Part shown: one piece after another, positions 9,161 through 20,769 of the stretch
Layout of the letters: the number at the start of each line of letters is the position of its first letter
How positions within the stretch are numbered: the stretch's first letter is position 1
Assembly: GCA_037447605.1 (NCBI GenBank)
Contig: CM074810.1
Span: 2,948,880-3,012,879 of the forward strand
From: Zygnema circumcarinatum SAG 698-1b
Taxonomy: Eukaryota; Plantae; Zygnematophyceae
DNA: 64,000 nucleotides
Direction of reading: 5' to 3'
Translations under genes and position numbers: made by a program
Notes under the pieces: generated by a model
The model's database searches: none
What the model saw: the letters and a program-made list of their open reading frames with translations, nothing else
What the model was told of the DNA's origin: nothing

Positions 9161-11010
9161 TTAAGACCAATGTTAAGGACAACTGCCCAGCACAGGCCAT
9201 AAAGGAGGCACGTCGTACAAATCCGAAGATTCTCTCTGCCAACTAGCTTTCCCAACTTAGCAGCCCCCTTTAATTTGGCCCTTTTACTTTTGTCCACATC
9301 TTACCTTGTTGTATAGTTGATGTGGACACCTACTCTCACTATTTTGCCTGCCTACTCGATCTTGCCACTACCACCACCCACCGTACCACCTCCATCCATA
9401 GGCCCATTTTTTCCCACTGGCTTCCTATCCACGGTCACCCTCTCGCCTCCTCCTAACGTCATCTATGGCAAACCATAGCCAAGTTTTGGCTTGCTTTTGT
9501 GGCTACGGATCCTTTTGGGTACAATCCTTTACTCCTTTATTTCACTTGGCTCATTGACTTAAGCGCCTCCCACCACTTAACTTTTCACTTCGACTAGTTT
9601 TCGTGGATTTCTCATTTATCTATCCCTTAACTAATTTTTTAAGGGATAATCGTTCCTTGACTGGGACCTATGTTAGCTAGGTATCTACTTTGATTGACGG
9701 CCAGCGCTTTGTCATTTATGATGTTTATTTAATCTTTTGGCTAGCTAAAAATCTGTTTTCTGTAGGCGCTATCCTCACTTTAGGCATTTCAACAATTTTT
9801 AACCAAAGAAGAGTTATCTTTTTTACTCTAGAGGGCGTTGTTGGGCACAGGCGCAACAAAGGTCAACTATTTTCTCTCACCATATTTTTTACCACTCTTG
9901 GACAAACTCACCTTCATAGCACTGACCAGTCCCTTACTTTTGCTCGGTGGCACCTTCGTTTTGGCCATCTTGTTGAGAGTAGTCTCAAGGCTCTAGGCAA
10001 GGGATTAGCATTGAGCTTAGACTCATTTTCTAGTGAAAAATTGGATTTTTGTTTTGAGTGTGTTGAAGGCAAAATGACTCGCTTACCTTTCCCCTCTTAA
10101 CTCTACCCTTGTCTTGGAACCCTTAGGGCTCATTCATTCTGATATTTGCGGACCTATACGGGATGTAAGTCTTGGTGGTGCCTCTTACTTTGTCACTTTT
10201 ATCGATTGTGCGACACATTTTACTCATGTTTTCCTTATGAGTCTGTGTTTTCTCTCGCTTCCAAGAATTCAAGGCCCTTGCTGAGAACCTTTTAAATTGT
10301 AGCATTGATACTTTTCGCATTGACGATGGGGGTCACGCGTTCAAAGTACCTCCACCTTCATGGCATCACTCATCAGACTACAACTCCTTATACTCAACAA
10401 AATGGAATTGCTGAACGATTTAATCACACGATTCTTGACATGGCTTGCTCAATGCTTCATTTTGCCGAACTCCCAATGTCCTTTTGGGCATAGGCCATTT
10501 CTACTGTCACCTACCTTCGCAACCTTTTTTCCACCTTTGCTCTCCCTCACAACACTCTTTTTGAAGCCTGGATGGGTAGCAAACCAAATGTCTCTCACCT
10601 CCACATTTTTGGCTGCGAAGCGTGGTACAAGGACCTCGTCCAATCCTATGGCAAGTGGGGCCCACGGGCCATTCGTGGGATCTTCCTCGGTTACGCACAT
10701 ACCTCCAAGGCTTACCGAATCTGGTGTTGCGCCACAAATCGCATTGTACTTTCCCGTGGCGTTGCCTTCAATGAAGCCCCCCTCTTGGCGCAGCTTACTC
10801 CCCCAACGGCCGCGCCACCTGTTTCTATTCCCCCCTTTCCTGAATCCACTCTCCCTCCGGCTGTTCCCTCTCCCTTTGTGACCATTGATTTCAATTCCCC
10901 TGCCCAGCGCCCCCCCATCCCGGATGCTGCCCCTCCGGCCGCTGCTCCCTCGGCCGGTGCTCCCCCTCTCCCTTCACCTGGCGCTCCCTTCACCTCGCCC
11001 ATAACCTCAC
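9160..11010 (+). mobile_element. Second decayed, truncated Copia element of the same lineage (gag knuckle to integrase SH3)
   Basis: VKDNCP knuckle remnant, TWLID*SASHHL, WHLRFGH, CFECVEGK, QQNGIAERFNHT, FFEAWMGSKPNVSHLHIFGCEAW, GIFLGYAHTSKAYRIW...SRGVAFNE. Confidence 0.92.
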
Positions 11011-11159
11011 TCTCTCTGTGTGTGATCTGATCTCTCACACGGAGGCGACCTACTGCCGCGACCCTCGGTCGACAAGCAAGGGGCGGGGCTGGCTCGGCTT
11101 TGGTTCGGCATACGTTCGGGCGACCATCCTGGTTTTGAAAAAGGAAAAGGAAAAAGAAA

Positions 11160-11620
11160 ATGCTATATTGCCCCTAATTTTGTCTACACATAGACCTTTT
11201 TTCGCCGAGCAGATTTTAGAATAGACAAAAAAGGATTTAAAAACGGAAAATGCTTTTTTCACACCTCTTTGGAAACGATACACACCTTGTTTCGGCGGGC
11301 AGATTTTATTTCACAATCCGCTCGGAGCGGAAGATCCGTCCGCCACGAGATCGTTCGCGGGTGTCCGTCCTTCTCACCTGCGTTCAATCTCCGCCGTCGA
11401 CAGAATTCGCAGATCGCACCACGGCAGATCACCGTTCGATCTGCAGACGAGCTTTGCACCGGCGAATGGCACACGCCCACGTGTCCAACCCAAGCCGGCT
11501 CAAAGGCCCGTACAAATGTGGGTACGGTCACAGCTTCGAGGAAAGGCAAAATACCGTACATTGAGAGCCTGGCCAATCACGATATGCCACTTGTCCCATT
11601 CTATGACGTGGCAGATTATC
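11160..11620. mobile_element. Fragment of the long-TIR (Mutator/foldback-like) family also found at 59587-62766
   Basis: Shares AAAACGGAAAATGCTTTTTTCACACC and CGCTCGGAGCGGAAGATCCGTCCGCCACGAGATCGTTCGCGGGTGTCCGTCCTTC with ~61215 and ~62070. Confidence 0.8.
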
Positions 11621-11623
11621 GCT

Positions 11624-12483
11624 AGTGGGTGCGGACACCGGGTAGGGTTGGGGGCACGGTCCCCCTCCGACCCGTGCCCAGGGGCACGTGCCCCCCCCCC
11701 CCCCTTGGGGGGGGCATGCCCCTTTTTCGTGCCCCGTGACGTGACTGCATTGAGCAATTCAAATCGGCCACAAAAAGACAGACGGGAAACTTTCATTGAA
11801 CTCGCGATGGCGAGGCCATCAAATGTAAATGGACAAAGGCAAAATGTGGAACCACGAAGGACTGGTCACAAAGGACCAAAACACAATAACACGAAGCTAG
11901 GAGCGGAAAACTACGCCTAGGCACAACAACGCAGCCCTAGAAGCAGCCGCGAAGGTCACCGATATGAGGCATGTCGCGAGGAGGGAGCGGCGGAAGTCCA
12001 CCAACACGATCACCAACAACTGCAGCACGCCGAAGAAGCGTAGAAGCGAGGCAACGCTGAAAACGCCACAAAAAGAATATAATATTTTAAAAACGGTACG
12101 GATTAAGGTACGGAAAGTACAGATATATGTACTAAACGTACGGATCAAGGTACAAATGTACGGGAAAATATGAAAAGTACGGACAGTACTCAACACAACA
12201 ATCGTCACCGGCCCGGGCCCGGTCGTACGAGGTAAGCGTCACGTGACAGGGGGCACGGGGGGGCACGAAATATATGGGGAAAATTTTTGGAGGCGTGCCC
12301 CGGGCACGGACGGTCAAAAATGGGGGGCATGCCCCCCCCCCGGGCATGCCCGTGCCCCCGTGCCCCCAACCCTAACACCGGGACATCCCGGGAGGTCACC
12401 CATCCCAATACTGTTCCGGCCCACAGGCACTTAGCGGCGGAGTTCAGATGGGAGGCGTAGGAGCCTAGGTATGATTGCATCAC
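11624..12483 (-). pseudogene. 5S rRNA pseudogene split by a hAT MITE
   Basis: The reverse complement of 12375-12483 joined to 11624-11634 reads GTGATGCAATCATACCTAGGCT...GGGCCGGAACAGTATTGGGATGGGTGACCTCCCGGGATGTCCCGGTGTCCGCACCCACT, a bryophyte/charophyte-type 5S with a small deletion. Confidence 0.9.
11643..12374. mobile_element. Non-autonomous hAT element (732 bp)
   Basis: Perfect 17-bp TIR TAGGGTTGGGGGCACGG, 8-bp TSD ACACCGGG (11635-11642, 12375-12382) and GGGCACG subterminal repeats. Confidence 0.93.
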
Positions 12484-12495
12484 AACAATCTATGT

Positions 12496-12711
12496 AGGGA
12501 ACAAACTTTCATTGAACTCGCGATGGCGAGGCCATGTCGTTCAATCTAATACGAAGGAAAGGAAAGGCAAACTTTAGTTCATGTCGAGACAATCTATGTC
12601 GTTTTATTGTGTTTCGGTCCGTTGTGACCAGTCCTTCGTGGTTCCACATTTTGCTTTTGTCAATGTACATTTGATGGCCTCGCCATCCCGAGTTCAATAA
12701 AAGTTTCCCCC
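12496..12711. mobile_element. Mutator-like MITE (~215 bp)
   Basis: ~36-bp TIR GGGAA(CA)ACTTT(C/T)ATTGAACTCG(C/G)GATGGCGAGGCCAT; TSD (A/C)ATCTATGT at 12487-12495 and 12711-12719. Confidence 0.75.
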
Positions 12712-13526
12712 ATCTATGTCCAATGTCAACATTGATTGTTACTGCATACAAGTCTATCACGCGCCGAGTCTGATTGTTCGTACAATGCTGGTTTGTCGTA
12801 TTCTATGACCGGAGAGTCGCGGCAGCAGGTCGCCTCGAATGGTCACAGCTGGCGCTTGCTGAATGGCTCTTACAATGCTACTGCCACGTCGCTCGTCGTG
12901 ATTGGGTGGCTCTCAATTACAAGATACCCTTGACAGAATCAAAAGCAATGATAATATGCCACGTGTAACACGTGACATTCTCGGATTGGTCCGATCTTCC
13001 TCACGCCTACCAGCTGTTCCTGGAGGGCGTAGCCATTGCTGCAGTTTAGTTGCGTTGAACGGGCATACACTTAGCACCGTTACAGTCTCAGTTCACGTCC
13101 CGGTTCAACTGTGTCAAGCACCCTCGTTGTATATCGCGATATTATCGCGCGTATTGGTACCGCCTATAGGTCGATAGCCTTGCCGACCAAACATGGGCCC
13201 TTGTTCGTTTGATGAGTGGCCACGGACCCCATTTCATGAGCGCGAGGATGGGTCTTGGAGGAGGTGCAGGGAAGTGTGAGAGCAAGTTGTTGTTGTTGTC
13301 TAGGCACTCGTGTTGAACAAGTTTGAATGAGCAAACCCGATCTAGCTAGAAGTTTTCATTGATGAGCAGATGTTGATGGATTCTTTCATGTTGTTTGGGT
13401 GTTTTCAAAGTGTGCTCAAAGCACTAGAGCAATGTTGGAGCACAAGTTATACAGCAACAACAAGTTGTACAACTTCATGCTCTTTATGTCTCATTAAAGA
13501 CTTTCAGAAATGGCGAAGGTGCATTA

Positions 13527-14011
13527 CAGTCTAATCACGTTATAGTGACACTGTTTATAAGAACAGCATGGATATACTGGCTTTTTTTCCGGGAACGGAA
13601 TTGCACCACTGCAGATCCTGCGCCAGTAGTGACGCCATTACGGATATAATGACGTTGAAAAACCCTGATTGTTACTATATATTCAAAATGTCGATATTAT
13701 CCACCCACGTATTGGAATATGCGTTACAAATATATTTACGACCGTACACATTATCGACTAATATCGTCAGATACCGACTTGACCGTACATATCAAGTTGT
13801 CCGTACACATGCTCACTAGGGTTCGTACACACCTACCCACGTGACGACTGCCCAAAAAGTACAATGTACGGTATCAAAGTCGTACGGATATACCGCAAAA
13901 ACATATGTAATAACATTGTTACTATAAATGTGAAATGACAAACGGGTCATTACCGATATAGTGACACAAATGTGTGGGGACCGACATGGACACTATAACG
14001 TGATTAGACTG
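13527..14011. mobile_element. pogo/Tc1-mariner MITE
   Basis: TA TSD, TIR CAGTCTAATCACGTTATAGTG; subterminal sequence shared with the pogo element at 14332-16618. Confidence 0.93.
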
Positions 14012-14331
14012 TACTATTGAAAATCTGAATGCCTTTGCTAACAAGACGAGGCTGCAAATAGCAGATTCGCCTATCAAGTTTCAAAACCGTAAAATTAATT
14101 GATTAGTTTCTTAGACCTTTGTGATGTGCAAGCATGTTTGAAGTCACAATAACTTCAACCCTGATTCGAATTCTTATATAGAAACATCACATTCCTTCAC
14201 TCTTCATCTTTTTTAAGCATTGCATGGAGCTCGCAGATCTCCGAATGGAAATTTCAAAAAGTAAAAAGTGAAAAAGTTGGAGTCACTTGAAAGAAAATGG
14301 AATGAGTCCACAAAATCTGATTTTAATACTA

Positions 14332-16618
14332 CAGTGTACTCTAGTTATAGTGACCATATCGGTCCCCACATATTTGTGTCACTATATCCATTTGTCACTT
14401 CATATATATAGCGACAATGTTATTACAGATGTTTCTCACTGTAGACCAGCACACGCATGTACACAAACTAATACAAAGCTTCTTCAACAGTGCAAAACCG
14501 ACAAAGTAAACATCACGAGAACTCTTTCAAGTACTCATGTAATATCTCAACACACTTGAGACACATAAAAATCAGGTGACAAACTATTGCTGTATGGTGG
14601 TTTGCCTGACACGGGACAAGTTTGCAACTGTGGTTTTTGTAATTTGACCCTGAATCTTTGATATCCAAAGCTGCATTTCAGCAGGGTACAATGGCTCGTC
14701 TTGTACGAACTGCAGCAGTTTGGCAGCGCATAAACGAGCTTCTTGCAGGGATACGGGTATAGGTTGTACTTCGTTTGCTTCCAATACACCCTCACAGTCA
14801 CTCTCTTCCTCATCAGTATCCTCACTATTCAGTGGCTCAATTGGCGCACCCATAACAGCCTCTAACAGCTCCTCATCCGTCCATTGTGCCTCAGTCTGGT
14901 TAGGCTCACACTCCAAATACTCCTCCACAGGCATGGCCAAGTCGCCCAGCTGCAGTGATGCAATCAGCTGCTCAAGTTCTGCAGCAGACGCAGCATCACT
15001 CCTGCCACATAACCTTTCATCTGCATTGGCAAGGTCGGTGTTCCAAGGTTGAGGGAGGATGTTCACCTTCCGCCAACAGTTCCTAATAGTCTGTGAGTCC
15101 ATACCCTCCCAGACTTCACAGCTCCATATGATAGCCTGTTTGATGTTGCACAACAACTTCCCCAAATCTACAGAAGCAACCCCCTGTGCTGCTTCCATTT
15201 CAGCGTCCATTTGCTCTAGCAACCAGCTCACTAATCGCTTCTTGTAGCCCATTTTGAAGGCAGCAATAATGCCACCGGCAAGAGGTTGGACCACAGAGGT
15301 GGTGTTTGGTGGCAGAAAAAGGACAATAATGTTGGATAGTTCCAACGTTTTGAAGCTGCCCAGGGTGCCCTTTGTGCAACCAATCCCGGTGATGGCATGC
15401 CTAGCAGCGTTGTCCATCAATATGATCACCTGCAACAAGGACAAGCAAAATATTAGCTAAGGTGTGACGGCAAAGCCCAGCAACACAGCATAGTACAACA
15501 AACCCACCTTGCGCTTTTTCTCAGCAAACTCGTTGTTGACTTGCTTGAGCCACTTGGTGAAGATAGTGCTGGTCATCCAAGCAGTATTGTTGCTCTCGTA
15601 TACCACAAAAGCAGTAGGTTCCCAAGTCTTGCCAAAGCAACGAGGCTTTGCAGACTTTCCTATGAAGACAAGCTTCAGCTTCTCCGTGCCAGTGACATTC
15701 ACACACAGCCCAAGGGTGACCCTATCCTTCTGCTTCTTCCTGCCTCTTGGTTGGTTCAGTGCCAAAGTCCGAGTTGGTGTTGCTCTGTAGTACAGCCTAG
15801 TTTCGTCAAAGTTGAAGACGTCTTCAGGTGAATACTTTTGCAGGAGTATACCTGACAGTTCAGACAAAGCCTGTTGCACCCTAGCCTCATCCGTGTCTCT
15901 AGACTCCCCGTGGTGCGCATAACTGCTTATGCCGTGACGCTGTTTGAAGCGCTGCAGCCAACCGGGAGTTAGGTCAAGTTCCCCCAACCCTGGAAGTTTT
16001 CCTGCCAATGACTTCGCCTTTCCCAGCATAGCAGCATCAGATAGTTCAGCACGGTTAGCTACGGCTTGCTGAAACCACAGAAATAAGGCCTTTTCAAGCT
16101 GAGGATATTTTGCACCACGCAGCTTCTTGGAAGTCACATTTTGAGTGTCAAGCTGCTCCCACTTAGCTGAGTCTTTGAGGATATTGATGAGTGTAGGACG
16201 AGCGATGGTTATGTCAAGTTTAGAGTTGACAAGACCGAGAAAGTTTTCTTGCTTCAAAGTGGGATTTTCCTTGCGCAAGTCACAAATAGCCTTTTTCGTT
16301 TGCACAGACAGTTGCACACGCTTGTGTTTGGGCTTTGGTGCGTCCATATTGCTCGATTGTAAGCTGTTTTGCGTTGCAGAATGCCGACACAACACCCTGG
16401 ACGGCGTTTGTATGTTGTTGGCCGGGCGCAGAATTTGAATAGATTTTGAATATATAGTAACAATCAGGGCTTTTCAATAGTCATTATATCCGTAATGACG
16501 TCACTACTGGCGCTGGCGTAGGATCTGCAGTGGTGCAATTCCGTTCCCGAAAAAAACGTCAGTATATCCATTTTGTCATTATAAACATAACTTCTGTCAC
16601 TATAACGCGAGCACACTG
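14332..16618 (-). mobile_element. Full-length pogo/Tigger-like DNA transposon
   Basis: TA TSDs, 23-bp imperfect TIR CAGTGT(A/G)CTC..GTTATAGTGAC, encodes a transposase. Confidence 0.93.
14584..16347 (-). CDS. pogo/Tigger transposase (CENP-B HTH + DDE_1); exons 16347-15508 and 15429-14584; probably catalytically dead
   Basis: HTH (LEKALFLWF, GWLQRFKQRHGI), FNFDET, KDRVTL, AWMTSTIF, VIILMDNA, FLPPNTTSVVQPLAGGII. A 78-bp GT-AG intron (15507-15430) joins KKRK|VIILMDN in frame. The third Asp (QPLD) reads Ala. Confidence 0.9.
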
Positions 16619-17528
16619 TATTATTATGAGAGGTATAACCAGTATGAATTTCAAAGCACTGCAACTCCTGAACTTAGAAATGACAGAAAGGGAAATATTT
16701 GGAAAAATGCTGAAAAACTTCCGACAAATTCCTGCAACGATACAGCCATAGTCAGAACCCAGAAACAAAGAAATATGCTGAAAAAGAAGCTCCATGTTTT
16801 GGTTGAATGACTCATATATCAAAAGCCAGCACTATTTTTTTCAGCACTTATTTTTTGTGGTGCTTCAATCGACATCATGCAAGAAAGGAGGGCTTCCTCT
16901 GCCAACCTTAGCGAACTGCTGCGAAGAGCAATGCGAGTACTTGGAAAGGATTTCACTGCCCTCATTTCACATGCTTTATTTGTAAAGTGAAAGCAAGCAG
17001 AACGGGAAAGCGAGAGGGTGCGAAGGGGTGCAGGCTCGGGGGTGAGAGAAAAGGAAGCGGCAATTTAGCTTAGGGTTGACAGAAAGTTGGATGCTCAGGA
17101 TTCATTGGTTTGAATGGGGGAGGGAAGGTGGGAAGTGAGGGAGGGAAGGGGAGTGTAAGGAGAGCGGGAGGGATGGGGGGGAAGGGAGGCAGGGTGGGAG
17201 AAGGACGGGAGGTAAGAAGGCGGGGAGAGAGAGGGCTGTGGGAGGGGAAGAGGGTGGGAGAGAGGGAGAGGAGGAAGTGCGGGGAAGGGATGTAGGGCGG
17301 GAAGGCGGTTGAGAGAGTGAGGGTACGGAACAAAGGGCGGAGGGAGGGAGGGGGGGAGGGGAGGAGCGGCCAATCAGAGTGACGGACGAGCGAGCGATGA
17401 GCACTCGTTTCATTTTTAGGGTTTCTCCTCCGACATTTTCAGGGTTGTAAAATTTAGGAGTGGAGCGCGCATGTGTGAGAGCGACAACGAGAGATAGTGA
17501 GAGCGAGAAGCGGCGAAGGGGTGCAGCC

Positions 17529-20500
17529 ATGGCTCCTTGGAGCCTGCTCGCCTCCGCAGCCGCGTTGGTGCTCTTCCCTCAGCAGCGAGGCTCCATCCTT
17601 ATTGCAAGCGTCGCTGTGGCTGCACTCCGCGAGGGAGGGAAAGGGAGTGGGAGAGGGAGTGGGAGAGAGAATGGGGGAGGGAGTGGGAGCGGGAGTGGGA
17701 GTGAGAGCGAGAGCGGGAGTGAGAGGGAGGGAGAGGGAGAGGAGGAGGTAGGGCCCGGGAGTGAGGTGGTGCAGGTGACGCTGGAGTGGAGCGATGTTAC
17801 GTGTGTCCTGCAGGACAAGAAGCGGGAGGTATGAGATTTCTGAAAATTAGGGTTTGGGGGGGGACTGAGCCACAGCAGGTTTCAGGCTTTAGGATTTCTT
17901 CGACGAATAGGTTTTCTGGGTTTCTTGTTTATTTAAGTTTGGGTTTTAGGGTTTCTCAGTTTTTTGGGCTTTAGGGTGATTCTTGTGTTCTAGGGTTTCT
18001 TGCTTTATGGGTTTTAGGGAATGTGAATTCTTGGTGTTTTCCTTTTTTTTCTGATTGTAGTACCCCCTTTGCCTTCTGAAGCACATTTTGTTTAATTTCA
18101 ATACTTTATTTATTATTTCTGTTTCATTTTCCTTGCCTGCAAAATAGATGCGAAAAATTTTGGAGGGCGTCAGCGGAGCTGCTCGGCCGGGGAGGCTTCT
18201 GGCGATCATGGGGCCATCTGGCGCAGGTTTCTCTCTCTCTCTCCCTCTCTCCCTCTCCCTCACCCTCTTCATACACTCTCTCTCCCCCCTCTCACTCACC
18301 CTCTTCATACACTCTCTCTCCCCCCTCTCCCTCACCCTCTTCATATACTCTCTCTCCCCCCTCCCCCTCACCCTCTTCATACACTCCCTCTCCCCCCTCT
18401 CCCTCACCCTCTTCATACACTCTCTCCCCCCTCCCTCACCCTCTTCATACACTCTCTCTCCCCCCTCTCCCTCACCCTCTTCATAGACTCTCTCCCCCTC
18501 TCCCTCACCCTCTTCATACCTCCCTCTCCCCCCTCATCCCTCACCCTCTTCATACCTCTCTCTCCCCCTCTCCCTCACCCTCGTCATACACTCTCTCTCT
18601 CCCCCCTCTCCCTCACCCTTTTCATACACTCTCTCTCCCCCCTCTCTCTCTGCCACGCTCCCCTCTCTCCTTCTCTCTTACCTTCCTCTTTCCCTCACAA
18701 CCTTTCCAAACACTTCACACCTTTTTTCTTTTTCAATTTTTCGTCCAACCTTTTGACATTAATTTTTTCATACATTTTCAAATGTTCCACATTTTTCCAC
18801 CTGCAGGGAAAACAGTGCTGCTGAACGCGCTCGCCTGCCAACTTCCCCGCCAAAAAAACGTTTCCCTTTTTGGCGAAATTCGCGCAAATGGAGTTTCCCG
18901 GGAGGGGGCCATTGTCAGGTGGAGGGAGGGGCCCACGGAACCCTAATTTCTTCTTGACAACTTAAACCCTAAATCTTAAGTCTTCAATCTTAAAACCCTA
19001 AGACTCTTAAACCCTAAACCGTAGAGCCAAAAACCCTACAACCTTAGAAACTTAAAACCATAAACCCTAAACCAGAAAACTTAATCCCCCTAAACCCAAA
19101 ATGAACCGCAAACCCTAGACTCTAAAACCCTGAAATGTTAACCCTAAAATCCACGATACAGAGAAGTTTGATTTGAAAACCTCATTCAGTTGTGAGGTTG
19201 AAGCCTGAAGTTGGAACTGATGGCGGTATATGCTTGTATACCTTTACCTAAAAACCCTAAAAACCTAAAATCCTCACTAAAAAAATTAAACCCTAAATTC
19301 ATTTTTTTTTTTCAATATCTGGGTTGCAGACAAGCCTATGTACGTCAGGAAGACATTTTTTTTTCTCAGCTGACCGTCCGGGAGACTCTACTTCTGGCTG
19401 CAAAGCTGCAGCTGCCCGCAAAACTTTCTGAGGGGTCAAAAATTTTACATGTGGACCGACTGATTCATCAACTTGGACTTGTACGAACACTCAATGCTTT
19501 TCTTAACACCCAAAAAAACCTTTACTCATGCAAAAAAATGTATTGAGGAAAGGTTACCTTTTGCTCATAACGGATAAATGGTCCTTTGAAAGGGAAGTTT
19601 AGAGCATGTATTTTGGCTTTTTGGAGTTTCTGGACTCTCTCTCTCTCTCGCCCCTCCCTCTTTCTCTCTCTCTCTCCCTCTCCCTCTTTCTCTCTCTCCC
19701 TCTCCCTCTTTCTCTCTCTCCCTCTCCCTCCTCTCTCTCTCTCCCTCTCCCTCTTTCTCTCTCTCTCCCTCTCCCTCTTTCTCTCTCTCTCTCCCTCTCC
19801 CTCCTCTCTCTCTCTCCCCCTCTCCCTCAATCTCTCTCTCTCCCTATCCCTCCTCTCTCTCTCCCTCACCCTCTTTCTCTCTCTCCCTCTCCCTCTCTCT
19901 CTCTCTATCTCTCTCTCTCTGAATCTATAATCACCCTTTTGTTTTTGCTCAACATTGTTTCTGGTCTGCAGACTGGTCAATTGGTCAGTTGGTCGGTCGG
20001 TAATTCTGCTCGATCAGATCCTCATTTTTTCATTCCTATATTTGTTTCACCAAATCTGTGTTCAGGTGAACTCGGTGAATACGATTGTGGGAGATGCAAA
20101 AGTGAGAGGAGTGAGTGGAGGAGAAAAGAAGCGTCTCTCCATTGCTTGCGAACTCTTGGGCGGCCCTTCGCTCATTTTCTGCGATGAGCCCACAACGGGT
20201 AATTTTACGGAAAAAACAATACTCAGAATCTGAAAACTTCAAACTGTGAAAGAAGTGAAGTTCGGAATATATCTTCTTACGGAATGGAGATGGAGAGGGG
20301 TTTCTATGCAGGTTTAGATGCGTTTCAGGCAGGGAAGGTGATGTCAGCACTCCACAAGTTGGCGGAGGAGGGTCGAACTGTAATATGCAGGTGCTGAACC
20401 CTAATTCTTACCCTAATTTCGTCGTAGTTTTACCCTGAATTTATCCTTAAAAGTAGGCCTAGTTTTGTCCTAATAGTGAACCCTTCGGAACGGAGATATG

Positions 20501-20678
20501 TTCCTTTCTTGGTCATCTTGGAAGACATTTCTCAGCTAAAGAAAATGCGGTTAGCCGCACACTACTGCTGGCGAGTCGCAGGCAGAACTTTCCTTAAGCT
20601 TTGACGCAGTGCGTTTTAGGGTTCTGCTTTTCCGAGTTTGCAAAATTTTAGGGTTGCTGTTCTCTGTAGTTGGGTTTT

Positions 20679-20769
<91 letters not shown>

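Noticed and set aside
14120-14191. Hairpin TGTGATGT...ACATCACA as a C/D snoRNA or miRNA
   Set aside because: Imperfect C box, no terminal D box, and the stem is too short for a miRNA precursor.
16620-17400. Possible minus-strand gene divergent from ABCG7 (CT-rich leader, acceptor-like sites)
   Set aside because: No convincing ORF or motif; cannot be supported without transcripts.
18250-18640. CRISPR-like ~33-bp periodicity
   Set aside because: Head-to-tail minisatellite with no unique spacers, in a eukaryotic intron, with no cas genes.
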